From: an uncultured Thioalkalispiraceae bacterium
Lineage (GTDB): Bacteria; Pseudomonadota; Gammaproteobacteria; UBA6429; Thiohalophilaceae
Reading direction: 5' to 3'
DNA: 58,026 bases
Assembly: GCA_964403805.1 (NCBI GenBank)
Contig: CAYOHQ010000001.1
Span: 1 to 58,026, forward strand
Shown: positions 1 through 10,646 of the stretch, in pieces
Layout: each line of letters opens with the position of its first letter
Position numbering within the stretch: position 1 is the stretch's first letter
Made by a program: the position numbers and the translations under genes
The notes under the pieces: generated by a model
The model's input: the letters and a program-made list of their open reading frames with translations, nothing else
What the model was told of the DNA's origin: nothing
Database searches by the model: none

Positions 1-116
1 AACTGTATCAAAACGATGGAATTAATCGTTTAATTTAAGAATTAAAGTAATAGAAAATTCAGATTAAAACAGAATTTTCAGTGTAAAAAATTAGTAAGTT
101 AACTGGAGAGATCCAA

Positions 117-3100
117 ATGAGAAGTTTTAAATTCAACATTAATAATATTTTTATCAGCACTTTACTAAGTTTTGGTTTACTGCAACCGGTTAGTGCTGCA
201 ACGCTGAGCATCCCGGATTCACCTCTCACAGTAACAACATTTACTAACCCGAATATAATGTTTTTATTAGACGATTCAGGCAGTATGAATAATGTAATTT
301 GGGACGCAGGATTTAATCCAAGTACTGTTTATACTGACTGGAGTTCAAGTTGGAGCGCAACTTCAGGAAATGTTCGATTATCGACTGTCGATCAAGGAAA
401 TTGTAATAATGGATACAAAGAAGCAGTTATTGGTGGCAATTCTCGCTGTCTTAAGCTTCCGGATCCCGTTGGAGGTGGTAATACACGGTACTCAGGAAAC
501 TATTTAAATTATTTATTTGACACTTATGGTGTTAATGGTGGTAAAGCAAAAAAAGTTGATATCACAGGAACCGTTCCTAACGATTACCGTATGAATGTCG
601 CCAGAGATGTTTCGACAAATGTAATTAATAGTACTTCCAGTATGAATTTTTGTTTACAGTCATTTAATTTTCAACAAGCCGGAAATATAGATGTTGCCTG
701 TACTTCAACTAAGGCAACTGTTACAACGGCAATTAATGCACTAGCTGCAAATAGCTGGACACCACTTGCGGAATCGTATTATGAAGTTACCCGATATTTC
801 CGTGGTCTTGATGCTTATACCAGCCCAATTACCGAACGTTGCCAAAAAAATTATGCCATTGTTGTGACTGATGGTTATCCTACTTTTGATAATAATTTCC
901 CAAATAATGATCCTGATGATCCAACAAGTCTATTACCAAATTGGGATGGCTTAACTCCAGCAACCACTGTTGCTAATTTTAATACCAACACCATTCCTCA
1001 ATATTCAGATGGTTTCAATCCAACTGGAGTCCAAAGCAATGAAGGTTTCACCTTATTTCTAGATGATATTGCTAAATTTGCTTTTGATACCGATTTACGA
1101 AAAGCACCTGCAGTTGACAGCTCGGGGATTAGCTTTGATGCTGCAGATTATCCAAAGCAAAATCTGGTAACATTTACGGTTGGTTTTGCGTTAAACAATC
1201 AAATGTTACAAGATGCTGCACTTTATGGCGATGGTACCTATTTTCAAGCCAGTAATTCTGCAGGATTAACCACCGCACTCACTGGAGCACTCACCGACAT
1301 ACAAGGTCGAACCAGTGCATCTGCTGCAGTTGCAGCAAGCTCGGGGTTCGTGAGCAGTAATACTGGCATTTATTTTGGACGATACAATAGTGGTAATGCC
1401 AGTGGTCAATTGCTTTACTATAAAATTGATCCTATAACTGGACAATTAATTACAACTGGTCCCGGACCTGTCGGTTCGTTATGGGAAGCTGGTGCCATGC
1501 TGCCTGCTACCACTGGACGAAATATTTTTTCACATAATGGTACTAATGCTGTTAATTTTAAATGGACTGCGACTCCATCATCAACGACTTTAACTGCTGC
1601 ACAATTTACTACACTCGGAGCAACTGCCAATGATGAGCAAAAAGTTTTAAATTATATTCGAGGCGATCAAAGTTGTGAATCTGTATCTGGCGGAACTTGT
1701 GCTTTTGGTGCAAAAGACTTACGTGACCGCTTTAGCAGATTAGGTACAATTGTTAACTCACAACCATTATTTGTTGGGCCTCCAGGTAATTTATATCCTG
1801 ATAAATGGGGTGATGGTAGTGCATCAATCCCAGAAAATTGCAGCGGTTGTGAGTATTCAACTTTTGTTAATAAAGCAACAAATGCTACACGGAAAAACAT
1901 GGTCTATTTCGGAGCTAATGACGGTATGTTACATGGTGTTGATGCAACCACTGGAATAGAACAATTCGCGTATATTCCTGCTGAAGTTATTCCGAACTTA
2001 AGTAATTTTGCATCACCTAATTACACTCATAAATTTTACGTTGATGGTTCAGCAAATGTAATAGATGCATTTATCGGTGGTAATTCAGGTAGTTGGTATA
2101 GTGTTTTGGTTGGTAGCTTAAATAAAGGTGGCCAAGGTGTGTTTGCATTGGATGTTACCGATCCGACTAATTTTTCTGATCCTACAAAAGTTGCCTATTG
2201 GGAATTCACAGACGAAGTTGATGCTGATTTAGGATATACCTATGGACGACCAGCGATTGTTCGAATGTATAATGGTCAATGGGCTGCGGTGTTTGGTAAT
2301 GGTTATAATAATTCCGAAGCAGATGGCACGGCTAGTACTACTGGTACTGCATCACTCTTTATCGTATTCCTTGAAGGACCAACCGGCCCTGGTAAAACAT
2401 GGAAATCAACAGATTACGTTAAGATTGATACAGAACAAGGATCAGTAGGGACACCAAACGGTATTGCATCAGTTACTCCGGTTGATATCGATGGTGATAA
2501 AATTGCCGATTACATTTACGGTGGTGACTTATTAGGTAATATGTGGAAATTTGATGTAACCAATTCTAATAGTGGTTTATGGAAAGTTGCCTACAAACAA
2601 GGAACGACGCTAAAACCATTATTTGTTGCTCAAGACGAAGCCGGTGTAAGACAAGCTATTACGACCCGTCCTATTGTAGCTAACTCCGGTATTGGTGGCT
2701 TTCAGCTTTACTTTGGTACTGGTCGTTATCTGGATGTATCAGATGTTAGCGCAGCAAACGCCACTATTAAAGAACATTTTTATGGTGTTATTGATTTTGA
2801 CGATGGCTCGACTTATACAACTTTAAACGGGTTTACCAAACAAATTGTTACTGTAGAAAAAAATATTACTTTGACTGATGGTACAGGTAGCTCTGCTACA
2901 AACTTTATTCGACACGTTTCAACTAACGGTAACAATAACCCACAAAATTGGTTTTTAGTTTTACCAGATCAAGGTGAACGTCAAACCACCACCGCAGTTA
3001 AGCGTGGAAAAAATATTATATTTGTGACAAATACACCTTCGTCTGCTAGTTGTGATTTTGGTGGAACCAGCTGGTTAATGGAGCTTGATACACGCGATGG

Positions 3101-3368
3101 TAGCGCACCAACATCTTCGGTTTTTGATTTAACTGGCGATGGTATGGTTAATCAATATGATGCTGATGATGATGATAACGACCCAACCACACCAAGTAAA
3201 AACCCGGCTGGACGTCGTTACGATGGTAAGTTAAGTAGCCCGACTATTTTGGCTGGTGAGCAAACAGATAAAAAAATCATGACAACTTCGGCAGGGAATG
3301 TACAGGTTATGACAGAAAAAAGTCCTGCCGGCGCTAATCGACGTCATTCATGGCGACAATTACGATAA
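117..3368 (+). CDS. pilY1: Type IV pilus tip-associated adhesin/biogenesis protein PilY1 (N-terminal vWA-like region plus C-terminal PilY1/PilC propeller domain)
   Basis: 1083-aa ORF. Signal peptide ending LLQPVSA/AT. DxSxS MIDAS-like motif FLLDDSGSMNN. C-terminal VDIDGDKIADYIYGGDLLGNMWKFDV loop is typical of PilY1/PilC. Followed by a pilin gene, as in pilY1-pilY2-pilE clusters. Confidence 0.85.
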   Translation: MRSFKFNINNIFISTLLSFGLLQPVSAATLSIPDSPLTVTTFTNPNIMFLLDDSGSMNNVIWDAGFNPSTVYTDWSSSWSATSGNVRLSTVDQGNCNNGYKEAVIGGNSRCLKLPDPVGGGNTRYSGNYLNYLFDTYGVNGGKAKKVDITGTVPNDYRMNVARDVSTNVINSTSSMNFCLQSFNFQQAGNIDVACTSTKATVTTAINALAANSWTPLAESYYEVTRYFRGLDAYTSPITERCQKNYAIVVTDGYPTFDNNFPNNDPDDPTSLLPNWDGLTPATTVANFNTNTIPQYSDGFNPTGVQSNEGFTLFLDDIAKFAFDTDLRKAPAVDSSGISFDAADYPKQNLVTFTVGFALNNQMLQDAALYGDGTYFQASNSAGLTTALTGALTDIQGRTSASAAVAASSGFVSSNTGIYFGRYNSGNASGQLLYYKIDPITGQLITTGPGPVGSLWEAGAMLPATTGRNIFSHNGTNAVNFKWTATPSSTTLTAAQFTTLGATANDEQKVLNYIRGDQSCESVSGGTCAFGAKDLRDRFSRLGTIVNSQPLFVGPPGNLYPDKWGDGSASIPENCSGCEYSTFVNKATNATRKNMVYFGANDGMLHGVDATTGIEQFAYIPAEVIPNLSNFASPNYTHKFYVDGSANVIDAFIGGNSGSWYSVLVGSLNKGGQGVFALDVTDPTNFSDPTKVAYWEFTDEVDADLGYTYGRPAIVRMYNGQWAAVFGNGYNNSEADGTASTTGTASLFIVFLEGPTGPGKTWKSTDYVKIDTEQGSVGTPNGIASVTPVDIDGDKIADYIYGGDLLGNMWKFDVTNSNSGLWKVAYKQGTTLKPLFVAQDEAGVRQAITTRPIVANSGIGGFQLYFGTGRYLDVSDVSAANATIKEHFYGVIDFDDGSTYTTLNGFTKQIVTVEKNITLTDGTGSSATNFIRHVSTNGNNNPQNWFLVLPDQGERQTTTAVKRGKNIIFVTNTPSSASCDFGGTSWLMELDTRDGSAPTSSVFDLTGDGMVNQYDADDDDNDPTTPSKNPAGRRYDGKLSSPTILAGEQTDKKIMTTSAGNVQVMTEKSPAGANRRHSWRQLR

Positions 3369-3389
3369 ATTTATGTTGGAGAAATTAAA

Positions 3390-3689
3390 ATGAAAAAACT
3401 TTTATTAACATTACTATTTATTCTATCGGCATCGAGTTTGTCACTGAATATTTATGCCGCAAAGAGTTTGAAAAGCGGTGGTTCAATCGACCAGGTAAGC
3501 TATAATAAATTGGATATAACAGTTGCAAGCGTTCCCTACAAATTATCCAATACTGTAAAAGTTTATGGTTTTGGTGGTAACAAGTTCCTTAATGTTAAAA
3601 AATTAACATCGGGTATGTACATAGATTATAAATATTCCACTCGAAAAGGTGTTAGCACAATCTCCGAGATCTGGGTGCAACCTAATTAA
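3390..3689 (+). CDS. Small secreted protein of unknown function in the pilY2 position
   Basis: 99-aa ORF with an N-terminal signal peptide (MKKLLLTLLFILSASSLSLNIYA/AK). Lies 21 nt after pilY1 and 16 nt before the pilin gene. The assignment is positional only. Confidence 0.5.
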   Translation: MKKLLLTLLFILSASSLSLNIYAAKSLKSGGSIDQVSYNKLDITVASVPYKLSNTVKVYGFGGNKFLNVKKLTSGMYIDYKYSTRKGVSTISEIWVQPN

Positions 3690-3705
3690 ATAATCAGGAA
3701 TTACG

Positions 3706-4140
3706 ATGAGACAAAATTTTCATTCAATAAACAATCAACGTGGTATGACCCTAATCGAGCTAGTTGTCGTTATGGCTATTATTATAATTATTGCGACGAT
3801 TGCATTTAGTTTACTCGGTAGTCAGAAAGACAAAGGATTACGAGGCGAAGGTGTTAGTGCGTTGATGCAAGCTGTTCAAGGATTTGAAGCCTGTGGGCGA
3901 GATAGAGGTGGCGATTATTCCATCTGTGTTATTCCCCCAGCTTTAATAAACTCGGTAAATAATCGATTTATTGTTACAGTTGCTGCACAAAATACCACAA
4001 GTTACACGCTTTCTATTACACGCTTTGGTATTGCCGTTGATGAACAATGTACTACACTCTCGATAAATAATTTAGGACAGAAATTTTTCACCACCACTGA
4101 TGGAACTGGCACCATGGCACGTTGTTGGAGTGGCACTTAA
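3706..4140 (+). CDS. pilE: Type IV (minor) pilin, PilE-like
   Basis: Prepilin leader ending in G, followed by MTLIELVVVMAIIIIIATIA (class III signal, Glu at +5). Two Cys pairs in the C-terminal half. Synteny with pilY1. Confidence 0.75.
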   Translation: MRQNFHSINNQRGMTLIELVVVMAIIIIIATIAFSLLGSQKDKGLRGEGVSALMQAVQGFEACGRDRGGDYSICVIPPALINSVNNRFIVTVAAQNTTSYTLSITRFGIAVDEQCTTLSINNLGQKFFTTTDGTGTMARCWSGT

Positions 4141-4149
4141 TAGCAAAAA

Positions 4150-5088
4150 TTACTTTTGTTGTAATTCCTTTGGTAGGGAAAAAACCACTTTTTCAGTGAT
4201 ACCATTAATTTGATCGATCTCTTTTGCGCCCCAAACCTGTAATTGTTCAATGACGTTTTCAACTAACAGGCATGGTGCAGAAGCGCCGGCAGTTAAGCCT
4301 ATATTTTTGATATTATCAAACCAGTCTCTATTTAATTCGGTTTCATTATCAATTAAATAAGCCGGTGTTCCCAGCCGTTCGGCTACTTCACGTAAGCGAT
4401 TTGAATTCGAGCTATTGGGTGAACCTACCACTAATATTACATCACATTTGTTTGCCAACTGCTTCACTGCATCCTGGCGATTCTGAGTGGCATAGCAAAT
4501 ATCATCTTTTTTAGGGCCTTTAATATTACTAAACTGTTCTCGCAATGCGTCTATCACTTTAGAAGTATCATCCATTGATAAGGTGGTTTGGGTAACAAAA
4601 GCCAGCTTATCTGGATCATTAACCTTCAATGCCAATACATCATCAACATTTTCAACCAGATACATTTTTCCGCCGTTAGCAGAATCATATTGCCCCAACG
4701 TTCCTTCGACTTCTGGATGCCCTGCGTGACCTATTAAAATACATTCATGTCCAGTTTTACTGAATTTAGTCACTTCCATATGGACTTTTGTTACTAATGG
4801 GCAAGTAGCATCAAATATTTTTAATTGTTTTTCTTGTGCCTGTTTTCGAACAAGTTGTGAGACACCATGGGCACTAAAAATAACAATCGATTTTTCAGGT
4901 ACTTCGTCTATTTCTTCTACAAAAATAGCGCCTTTAGATCGTAGGCATTCTACGACATACTGATTGTGGACAACTTCGTGGCGCACATAAATAGGTGCAC
5001 CAAACATGTCTAGTGCAGTTTCAACGATACCGATTGCGCGATCGACACCGGCACAAAAACCCCGGGGATTGGCTAGTAATACATTCAT
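4150..5088 (-). CDS. ispH: 4-hydroxy-3-methylbut-2-enyl diphosphate reductase IspH/LytB
   Basis: [42 protein letters not shown] is classic IspH. I prefer the ATG at 5088, which aligns with the E. coli N-terminus [15 protein letters not shown], over the ORF-track TTG at 5139. Confidence 0.93.
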   Translation of the reverse strand: MNVLLANPRGFCAGVDRAIGIVETALDMFGAPIYVRHEVVHNQYVVECLRSKGAIFVEEIDEVPEKSIVIFSAHGVSQLVRKQAQEKQLKIFDATCPLVTKVHMEVTKFSKTGHECILIGHAGHPEVEGTLGQYDSANGGKMYLVENVDDVLALKVNDPDKLAFVTQTTLSMDDTSKVIDALREQFSNIKGPKKDDICYATQNRQDAVKQLANKCDVILVVGSPNSSNSNRLREVAERLGTPAYLIDNETELNRDWFDNIKNIGLTAGASAPCLLVENVIEQLQVWGAKEIDQINGITEKVVFSLPKELQQK

Positions 5089-5179
5089 GTTCTGGATTTT
5101 ATCATAATTACGCGTTTTGATTAATGCCATATTTAACAAGTGATTACTTTATTTGAATAAATCGTCATTTTTTAAGCGG

Positions 5180-5740
5180 TTAAATCGAATCTTCAGCAAC
5201 AAACCATAAACCGCTAAAACTAACAATTAATTTTCCTTGAAGAAGTTTTCCACTATAAATGCTTAATTTCTCAATCTTGTGATGCTTCCAAATCTGATAT
5301 TGCAATTCTTCCATCTGTTGCTCAGGATATCGGGCTTCAATCTGTTGTACGGTTTCTTCTTTAACAATAACCCACACTAATCGGCAATTTTTTGAAAGTC
5401 GGTAACGTGCTTTAGTTGCAAGATTATTAAAACAACCAAATTCATCTGTAACGATTTTAATAGCATTATCGTTTAAATTCAGTGAAACTTGGAACCATCC
5501 TGATGCCAGCTTGTCCTTTTGTTCTTGTTTTATTAATGACTGGTTTAAATCAGCTACTTTTTTACAGGCAGTGTTATAAATTGAGGAATACTGATTTTTT
5601 GAAGTCAGGGGGAATAATTTATCCACCTCAAGTAACAACTCAAGGTGTGAGAATCGACCTAAAGGTAACTCTGATGCCCAACCAACTTGATAATAACCAT
5701 TTGTAGTATCACAGCGTATAACAAGTTGGTGTGTGTTCAC
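5180..5740 (-). CDS. Hypothetical protein (186 aa), no recognisable family
   Basis: It is the only long ORF filling the 561-nt gap between fkpB and ispH. The GTG start shares one nucleotide with the fkpB TAG stop (TAGTG). No signal peptide or TM segment is visible. Confidence 0.6.
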   Translation of the reverse strand: MNTHQLVIRCDTTNGYYQVGWASELPLGRFSHLELLLEVDKLFPLTSKNQYSSIYNTACKKVADLNQSLIKQEQKDKLASGWFQVSLNLNDNAIKIVTDEFGCFNNLATKARYRLSKNCRLVWVIVKEETVQQIEARYPEQQMEELQYQIWKHHKIEKLSIYSGKLLQGKLIVSFSGLWFVAEDSI

Positions 5741-6183
5741 TACTTCACGTCAAGAATTTCTACAAAAAACTGTATGGTATGGCCAGCTAAGGGATGATTA
5801 AAATCGACTTTAACAATGTCGTCTTTAATATCAATTATAGTTCCCGGAATTTCATCATCGGAAGGCGTTGAGAAACCAATGATGGTACCTTCTTCAATTT
5901 TAAGTTCCTCTGCAAATTCATTACGTGGCATTTCATGAATATTGTCTTCATCAGGAAAACCAAAAGCATCACGTGGTTCAATTTCAAGCGTTTGTTTATC
6001 ACCTGATTTTAAACCATAAAGAACCATCTCTAATCCTTCAATCAGAGTACCATCACCCATTTTAAAATTTAAAGGTTCATCTTCAAGCGAGCCATCGGCG
6101 ACAGTGCCGTCTTTTAACGTGAGTGTAAAGTGCATCACGACTTCACTAGCAACATTAATTGCTTTTTCATTTGTATTAGGCAT
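5740..6183 (-). CDS. fkpB: FKBP-type peptidyl-prolyl cis-trans isomerase (FkpB/SlpA type)
   Basis: 147 aa. FKBP core with an insert-in-flap region (GDGTLIEGLEMVLYGLKSGDK .. HPLAGHTIQFFVEILDV). Conserved position between lspA and ispH. Confidence 0.85.
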   Translation of the reverse strand: MPNTNEKAINVASEVVMHFTLTLKDGTVADGSLEDEPLNFKMGDGTLIEGLEMVLYGLKSGDKQTLEIEPRDAFGFPDEDNIHEMPRNEFAEELKIEEGTIIGFSTPSDDEIPGTIIDIKDDIVKVDFNHPLAGHTIQFFVEILDVK

Positions 6184-6193
6184 TATGATTTAT

Positions 6194-6715
6194 CTATTTT
6201 GCGGTTTCGGTTTTTGAATGGGATGATTCTTTTTTAATATTACGCAGCATGTCTATTATCAACATAGCGGCTCCAATACTAATTGCTGAATCAGCAATAT
6301 TAAAAGCAGGCCAGTAATGTTTAGAACCGTCCAACTCGATATAAACGTGAATAAAATCGATAACATAACCGAATATCAATCGATCAGTAACATTACCCAA
6401 TGCGCCACCGAGAATAAATGCCAGTGCAATCGCCGTCCATTTTTCAGTAGCCGTTAGTTTTCGTATCCACATCACAATAAAAGCACTGACAGTTATAGCA
6501 ATGGCTGAAAAAGCCCAGCGCTGCCAACCACCGGCATCATTTAAAAAGCTAAAAGCTGCACCACGATTATACATTAACGTAAAATCAAACATTGGCATGA
6601 CTTCGATGCTTTTACAGGGATAATATTCACACAATACCAAATACGCCTCTGATACTTGTTTCGTAATTTGATCCAGTATCACAACCAAACCAGTAACCCA
6701 TAAATATTTTAACAT
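6194..6715 (-). CDS. lspA: Lipoprotein signal peptidase (signal peptidase II)
   Basis: 173 aa with four TM segments. Motifs NRGAAFSF and FNIADSAI. Located downstream of ileS. Confidence 0.92.
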   Translation of the reverse strand: MLKYLWVTGLVVILDQITKQVSEAYLVLCEYYPCKSIEVMPMFDFTLMYNRGAAFSFLNDAGGWQRWAFSAIAITVSAFIVMWIRKLTATEKWTAIALAFILGGALGNVTDRLIFGYVIDFIHVYIELDGSKHYWPAFNIADSAISIGAAMLIIDMLRNIKKESSHSKTETAK

Positions 6716-6730
6716 CGTTTAACCTATTTA

Positions 6731-9595
6731 TTAAGCAAATGAACGTGGCTCGCCACTACCTGACACATTATCCACACAGCGCGAACAAATTTCAGGATGT
6801 TCGGCTACTAAACCAACATCCTCCCGATGATGCCAACAACGAATGCATTTTTTATATTCAGATGCCGCTACATCAATCCAAATTTCATCATTCGTTGATA
6901 AGGTCACGTGTTTTGCATTTTCAGGTGGTGTTTCTACTAATTGAATACGGGCATAGGATGTAATCAGCACAAAGCGTAATTCGTCTTCGAGTTTTGCTAA
7001 CACATCGTAAATTTCCCGGCCACAATACAAATCCACTTCGGCATCAAGTGATGAACCAATTTCGCCGGCGGTTCGAAGTTCTTCCAGGCGTTTTGATACC
7101 ACATCACGCACTTCCATTGCCTTTGCCCAGTAATCCAAATCCATATCCGGCTTATTGGGTTTTAATTCAGAAAAATTATACCAACTATCTAAAAATACGG
7201 AAGCAGCACAGCTTGCTGGTCTTTCACCCGGAATCATTTTCCAGATTTCTTCTGCGGTAAAACTTAAAATGGGCGACATCAAACGTACCAGGGTTTCTAT
7301 AACATGATAAATAGCCGTTTGTGCCGAGCGCCGTATGATGCTGTCTGTTTGTGTTGTATAAATTCGATCTTTAATAATATCGAGATAAAAACTGCCTAAA
7401 TCGATAGAACAAAAATTATGGAGTTTTTGATAGACATTATGAAATTCAAACTCATCATAAGAAGCAGTTACATCTGTTTGTAATTGTTGTGCTGCTTGCA
7501 CTGCCCATAAATCAAGCGCCAACATGTCGTTACTTGCAACACAGTCTTTTGCTGGATCAAAACCATCGAGATTTGCTAATAAAAAGCGCATGGTATTTCG
7601 AATTCGACGATAAGCATCTGACATACGTTTTAATATTTCATCCGACACTGTCATTTCGGTCCGGTAATCAGTTGCAGCGACCCATAAACGGATAATGTCA
7701 GCACCTAAATTATTTGCCACTTTTTGCGGTGAGGTGACATTACCTTTTGACTTTGACTGTTTTTGACCTTTTGAATCAACAGTAAAGCCATGAGTTAACA
7801 CGGCTTTATACGGTGCACGATTATTGATAGCAACCGAACTCAGCAATGATGATTGAAACCAGCCACGGTGTTGATCGGAGCCTTCCAGATATAAATCAGC
7901 AATTGGATTAGCACCAAACTCGGCACGTTGATCCATCACTGCAAAATGAGTCACTCCGGAATCAAACCAGACATCGAGTGTATCGCTGAGTTTATCGTAT
8001 TGCTCTGATTCAGAACCCAGTAGTTCTTTTGATTCCATATCAAACCAGGCATCGACCCCCGCTTGCTCTACTTTAAGCGCCACTTTTTCAATGAGTTCTT
8101 TGGTATCCGGATGCAGCTTACCCGATTCTTTATTGACGAATAATGGAATCGGCACACCCCAGGTGCGTTGCCGTGAAATACACCAATCGGGTCGATTATT
8201 TACCATCGATTCAATTCGGGCTTCACCCCACGATGGCATCCATTTGGTTTTTTTAATTTCAACATTTGCCTGTTCGCGTAATTTATTTTGCTCCATGCTA
8301 ATAAACCACTGTGGTGTCGCACGAAAAATAATAGGTGTTTTATGCCGCCAGCAATGTGGATAGCTGTGTTGTAATGCTTCTTCGTGAACCAGATTATTCA
8401 CTGCCAACAATCGCTCGATTACTTTTGGATTGGCTTTAAAAACATGCTCTCCTGCAAAAAATTCTGTTGATGCTAAAAACACACCATTTGAATCTACCGG
8501 GTTTTCAACTTGCAAACCGTAACGCATGCCAACTACATAGTCATCTGCACCATGACCGGGTGCGGTATGCACTGCGCCGGTACCCGCTTCGGTGGTGACG
8601 TGTTCACCCAAAATAATTGGAACTTCACGTTTGTAAAATGGATGCGCCAGTTTCAAACCTTCTAAATCTTCACCAGTACAACTCGCTACGATTTCATAAT
8701 TACTCAGTTCATAACGGCTAACAGTTGATGACAATAACTCTTTCGCTAAAATCAGGTATTCAGGAACGTGATCGCCAACACCATCACACAAAATCACCAC
8801 GTATTCAAATTTTGGATTAACGGCAACAGCCTGATTTGCAGGCAAAGTCCAGGGAGTGGTTGTCCAAATCACCACCGAAACTCTATTTGTTTTTATTTGT
8901 GCACCGGACTCCAGTTTACAACGTGCTTTTAAGGCTTCGATATCGAGCACTTCAAAACGCACATCAATCGCAGGAGAGGTTTTATCTTCATATTCTACTT
9001 CGGCTTCGGCCAATGCTGAACCACAGCTGGTACACCAGTGAACCGGTTTTGAACCTTTGTGCAAGTGCCCGGCATCAATGACTTTACCCAGTGCCCGAAT
9101 AATATTGGCTTCAAACTTAAAGTCCATCGTGAGATAGGGATTTTCCCAATCACCTAATACACCAAGGCGTTTGAAATCATCACGTTGGCCATTAACCTGA
9201 CGCTGCGCATATTCACGGCATTTGGTGCGAAACACTTCAGGTGTGACTTTAACGCCGGGTTTGCCGATTTTTTTCTCTACCTGTAATTCAATCGGCAGGC
9301 CATGGCAATCCCAACCTGGAATATACGGTGCATCAAAACCACTTAAAGTTTTAAATTTGATAATAATATCTTTTAAAATTTTATTAACAGCATGACCGAT
9401 ATGAATATCACCATTTGCATAGGGTGGCCCATCATGCAAAATAAATTTTGGCCGACCTTCACAAGCCTTGCGAATTTGGCCATAGAGATCAGCTTTGTGC
9501 CATTCTTTAACCCAGTTAGGTTCGCGGTTTGCCAAATTTGCTTTCATTGAAAATTTGGTTTTTGGTAAATTTAAAGTATCTTTATAATCTGTCAC
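6731..9595 (-). CDS. ileS: Isoleucine--tRNA ligase
   Basis: 954 aa. HIGH motif [17 protein letters not shown]-type KQSKSKGN, and a C-terminal Cys cluster (CIRCWHH..CSRC). Confidence 0.97.
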   Translation of the reverse strand: MTDYKDTLNLPKTKFSMKANLANREPNWVKEWHKADLYGQIRKACEGRPKFILHDGPPYANGDIHIGHAVNKILKDIIIKFKTLSGFDAPYIPGWDCHGLPIELQVEKKIGKPGVKVTPEVFRTKCREYAQRQVNGQRDDFKRLGVLGDWENPYLTMDFKFEANIIRALGKVIDAGHLHKGSKPVHWCTSCGSALAEAEVEYEDKTSPAIDVRFEVLDIEALKARCKLESGAQIKTNRVSVVIWTTTPWTLPANQAVAVNPKFEYVVILCDGVGDHVPEYLILAKELLSSTVSRYELSNYEIVASCTGEDLEGLKLAHPFYKREVPIILGEHVTTEAGTGAVHTAPGHGADDYVVGMRYGLQVENPVDSNGVFLASTEFFAGEHVFKANPKVIERLLAVNNLVHEEALQHSYPHCWRHKTPIIFRATPQWFISMEQNKLREQANVEIKKTKWMPSWGEARIESMVNNRPDWCISRQRTWGVPIPLFVNKESGKLHPDTKELIEKVALKVEQAGVDAWFDMESKELLGSESEQYDKLSDTLDVWFDSGVTHFAVMDQRAEFGANPIADLYLEGSDQHRGWFQSSLLSSVAINNRAPYKAVLTHGFTVDSKGQKQSKSKGNVTSPQKVANNLGADIIRLWVAATDYRTEMTVSDEILKRMSDAYRRIRNTMRFLLANLDGFDPAKDCVASNDMLALDLWAVQAAQQLQTDVTASYDEFEFHNVYQKLHNFCSIDLGSFYLDIIKDRIYTTQTDSIIRRSAQTAIYHVIETLVRLMSPILSFTAEEIWKMIPGERPASCAASVFLDSWYNFSELKPNKPDMDLDYWAKAMEVRDVVSKRLEELRTAGEIGSSLDAEVDLYCGREIYDVLAKLEDELRFVLITSYARIQLVETPPENAKHVTLSTNDEIWIDVAASEYKKCIRCWHHREDVGLVAEHPEICSRCVDNVSGSGEPRSFA

Positions 9596-9609
9596 TGTAT
9601 TGTCTTATT

Positions 9610-10542
9610 TTATGTTACGTTTATTAAATAATGCTGAGCATCTTGCACATCTTTATTTATTTGAATTTTTAAATCATCCAGATTATCAAATCGAATTTGA
9701 TCCCGAAGTTTATGCAAAAAACTAACTTGTATGTGTTTACCGTAAATCTCTCTGTTAAAGTCAAACATGAACACTTCCAATATTATTTTTGTGCCATTAA
9801 CGGTTGGTCGATTACCGATACTGGCAACGCCTTCAATCGGTTCACCTTCCAGACCAAACACTTCTACTACAAAAATACCTTCCATCGGTGTTACTTTGCG
9901 GTGTAAAAAAATATTTGCTGTTGGGAAACCTAACTCTCTACCAAGTTTGTCTCCGTGAGCAACTCGACCACTCATGCGATAACGTCGCCCCAACAGTTTT
10001 TCGGCATAACTTAAATCGCCTTGTTGCAATGCCTTGCGTATGCGAGTGCTGCTTACCCGCTCACCATCGATTTCAAAGGTGTGCATATTAACAACCTGGA
10101 AATTATTTTGTTCCCCGGCTTGTTGCAACAGCTCAAAATTGCCCTGACGATTATGACCGAACTTGAAATCATCACCAACAACTAAATAGTGAATACCTAA
10201 TTTATCGATTAAAATATCTTTTATAAAATCCTGTGCCGACATCGCAGCCAGTTTTTTATTAAACGGCAAACACAGCATTTGAGTGACAGAAAATCGGCTC
10301 AAAGCCAAACACTTTTCTCTAAAACGCAATAACCGTGCTGGCGCTTTATCGTGAAGAAAGTACTCCATTGCTTGTGGCTCAAAACTGATCACCACCATGG
10401 GTAAATTCAACTCAGCTGATTTTTCAGCTAACTGACCAATTACTGCCTGATGTCCGAGATGCACGCCATCAAAGTTACCAATAGTTGCAACACAACCATG
10501 ATGCTTTGCTTTGATATTATGACTGCCACGTATCAATTCCAT
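9610..10542 (-). CDS. ribF: Bifunctional riboflavin kinase / FMN adenylyltransferase
   Basis: 310 aa. N-terminal GNFDGVHLGHQ nucleotidyltransferase motif and C-terminal riboflavin kinase region (GFPTANI..). Located upstream of ileS. Confidence 0.93.
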   Translation of the reverse strand: MELIRGSHNIKAKHHGCVATIGNFDGVHLGHQAVIGQLAEKSAELNLPMVVISFEPQAMEYFLHDKAPARLLRFREKCLALSRFSVTQMLCLPFNKKLAAMSAQDFIKDILIDKLGIHYLVVGDDFKFGHNRQGNFELLQQAGEQNNFQVVNMHTFEIDGERVSSTRIRKALQQGDLSYAEKLLGRRYRMSGRVAHGDKLGRELGFPTANIFLHRKVTPMEGIFVVEVFGLEGEPIEGVASIGNRPTVNGTKIILEVFMFDFNREIYGKHIQVSFLHKLRDQIRFDNLDDLKIQINKDVQDAQHYLINVT

Positions 10543-10646
10543 CTCAAATCAACCCAGTAAAACCTACTCTACTCGTCCAAGTGCTGCATTATATCAAGAA
10601 CTGAGCGCTTACCGCAGTCGTGTTTTGTTATTTTTAGTTTCACTGC

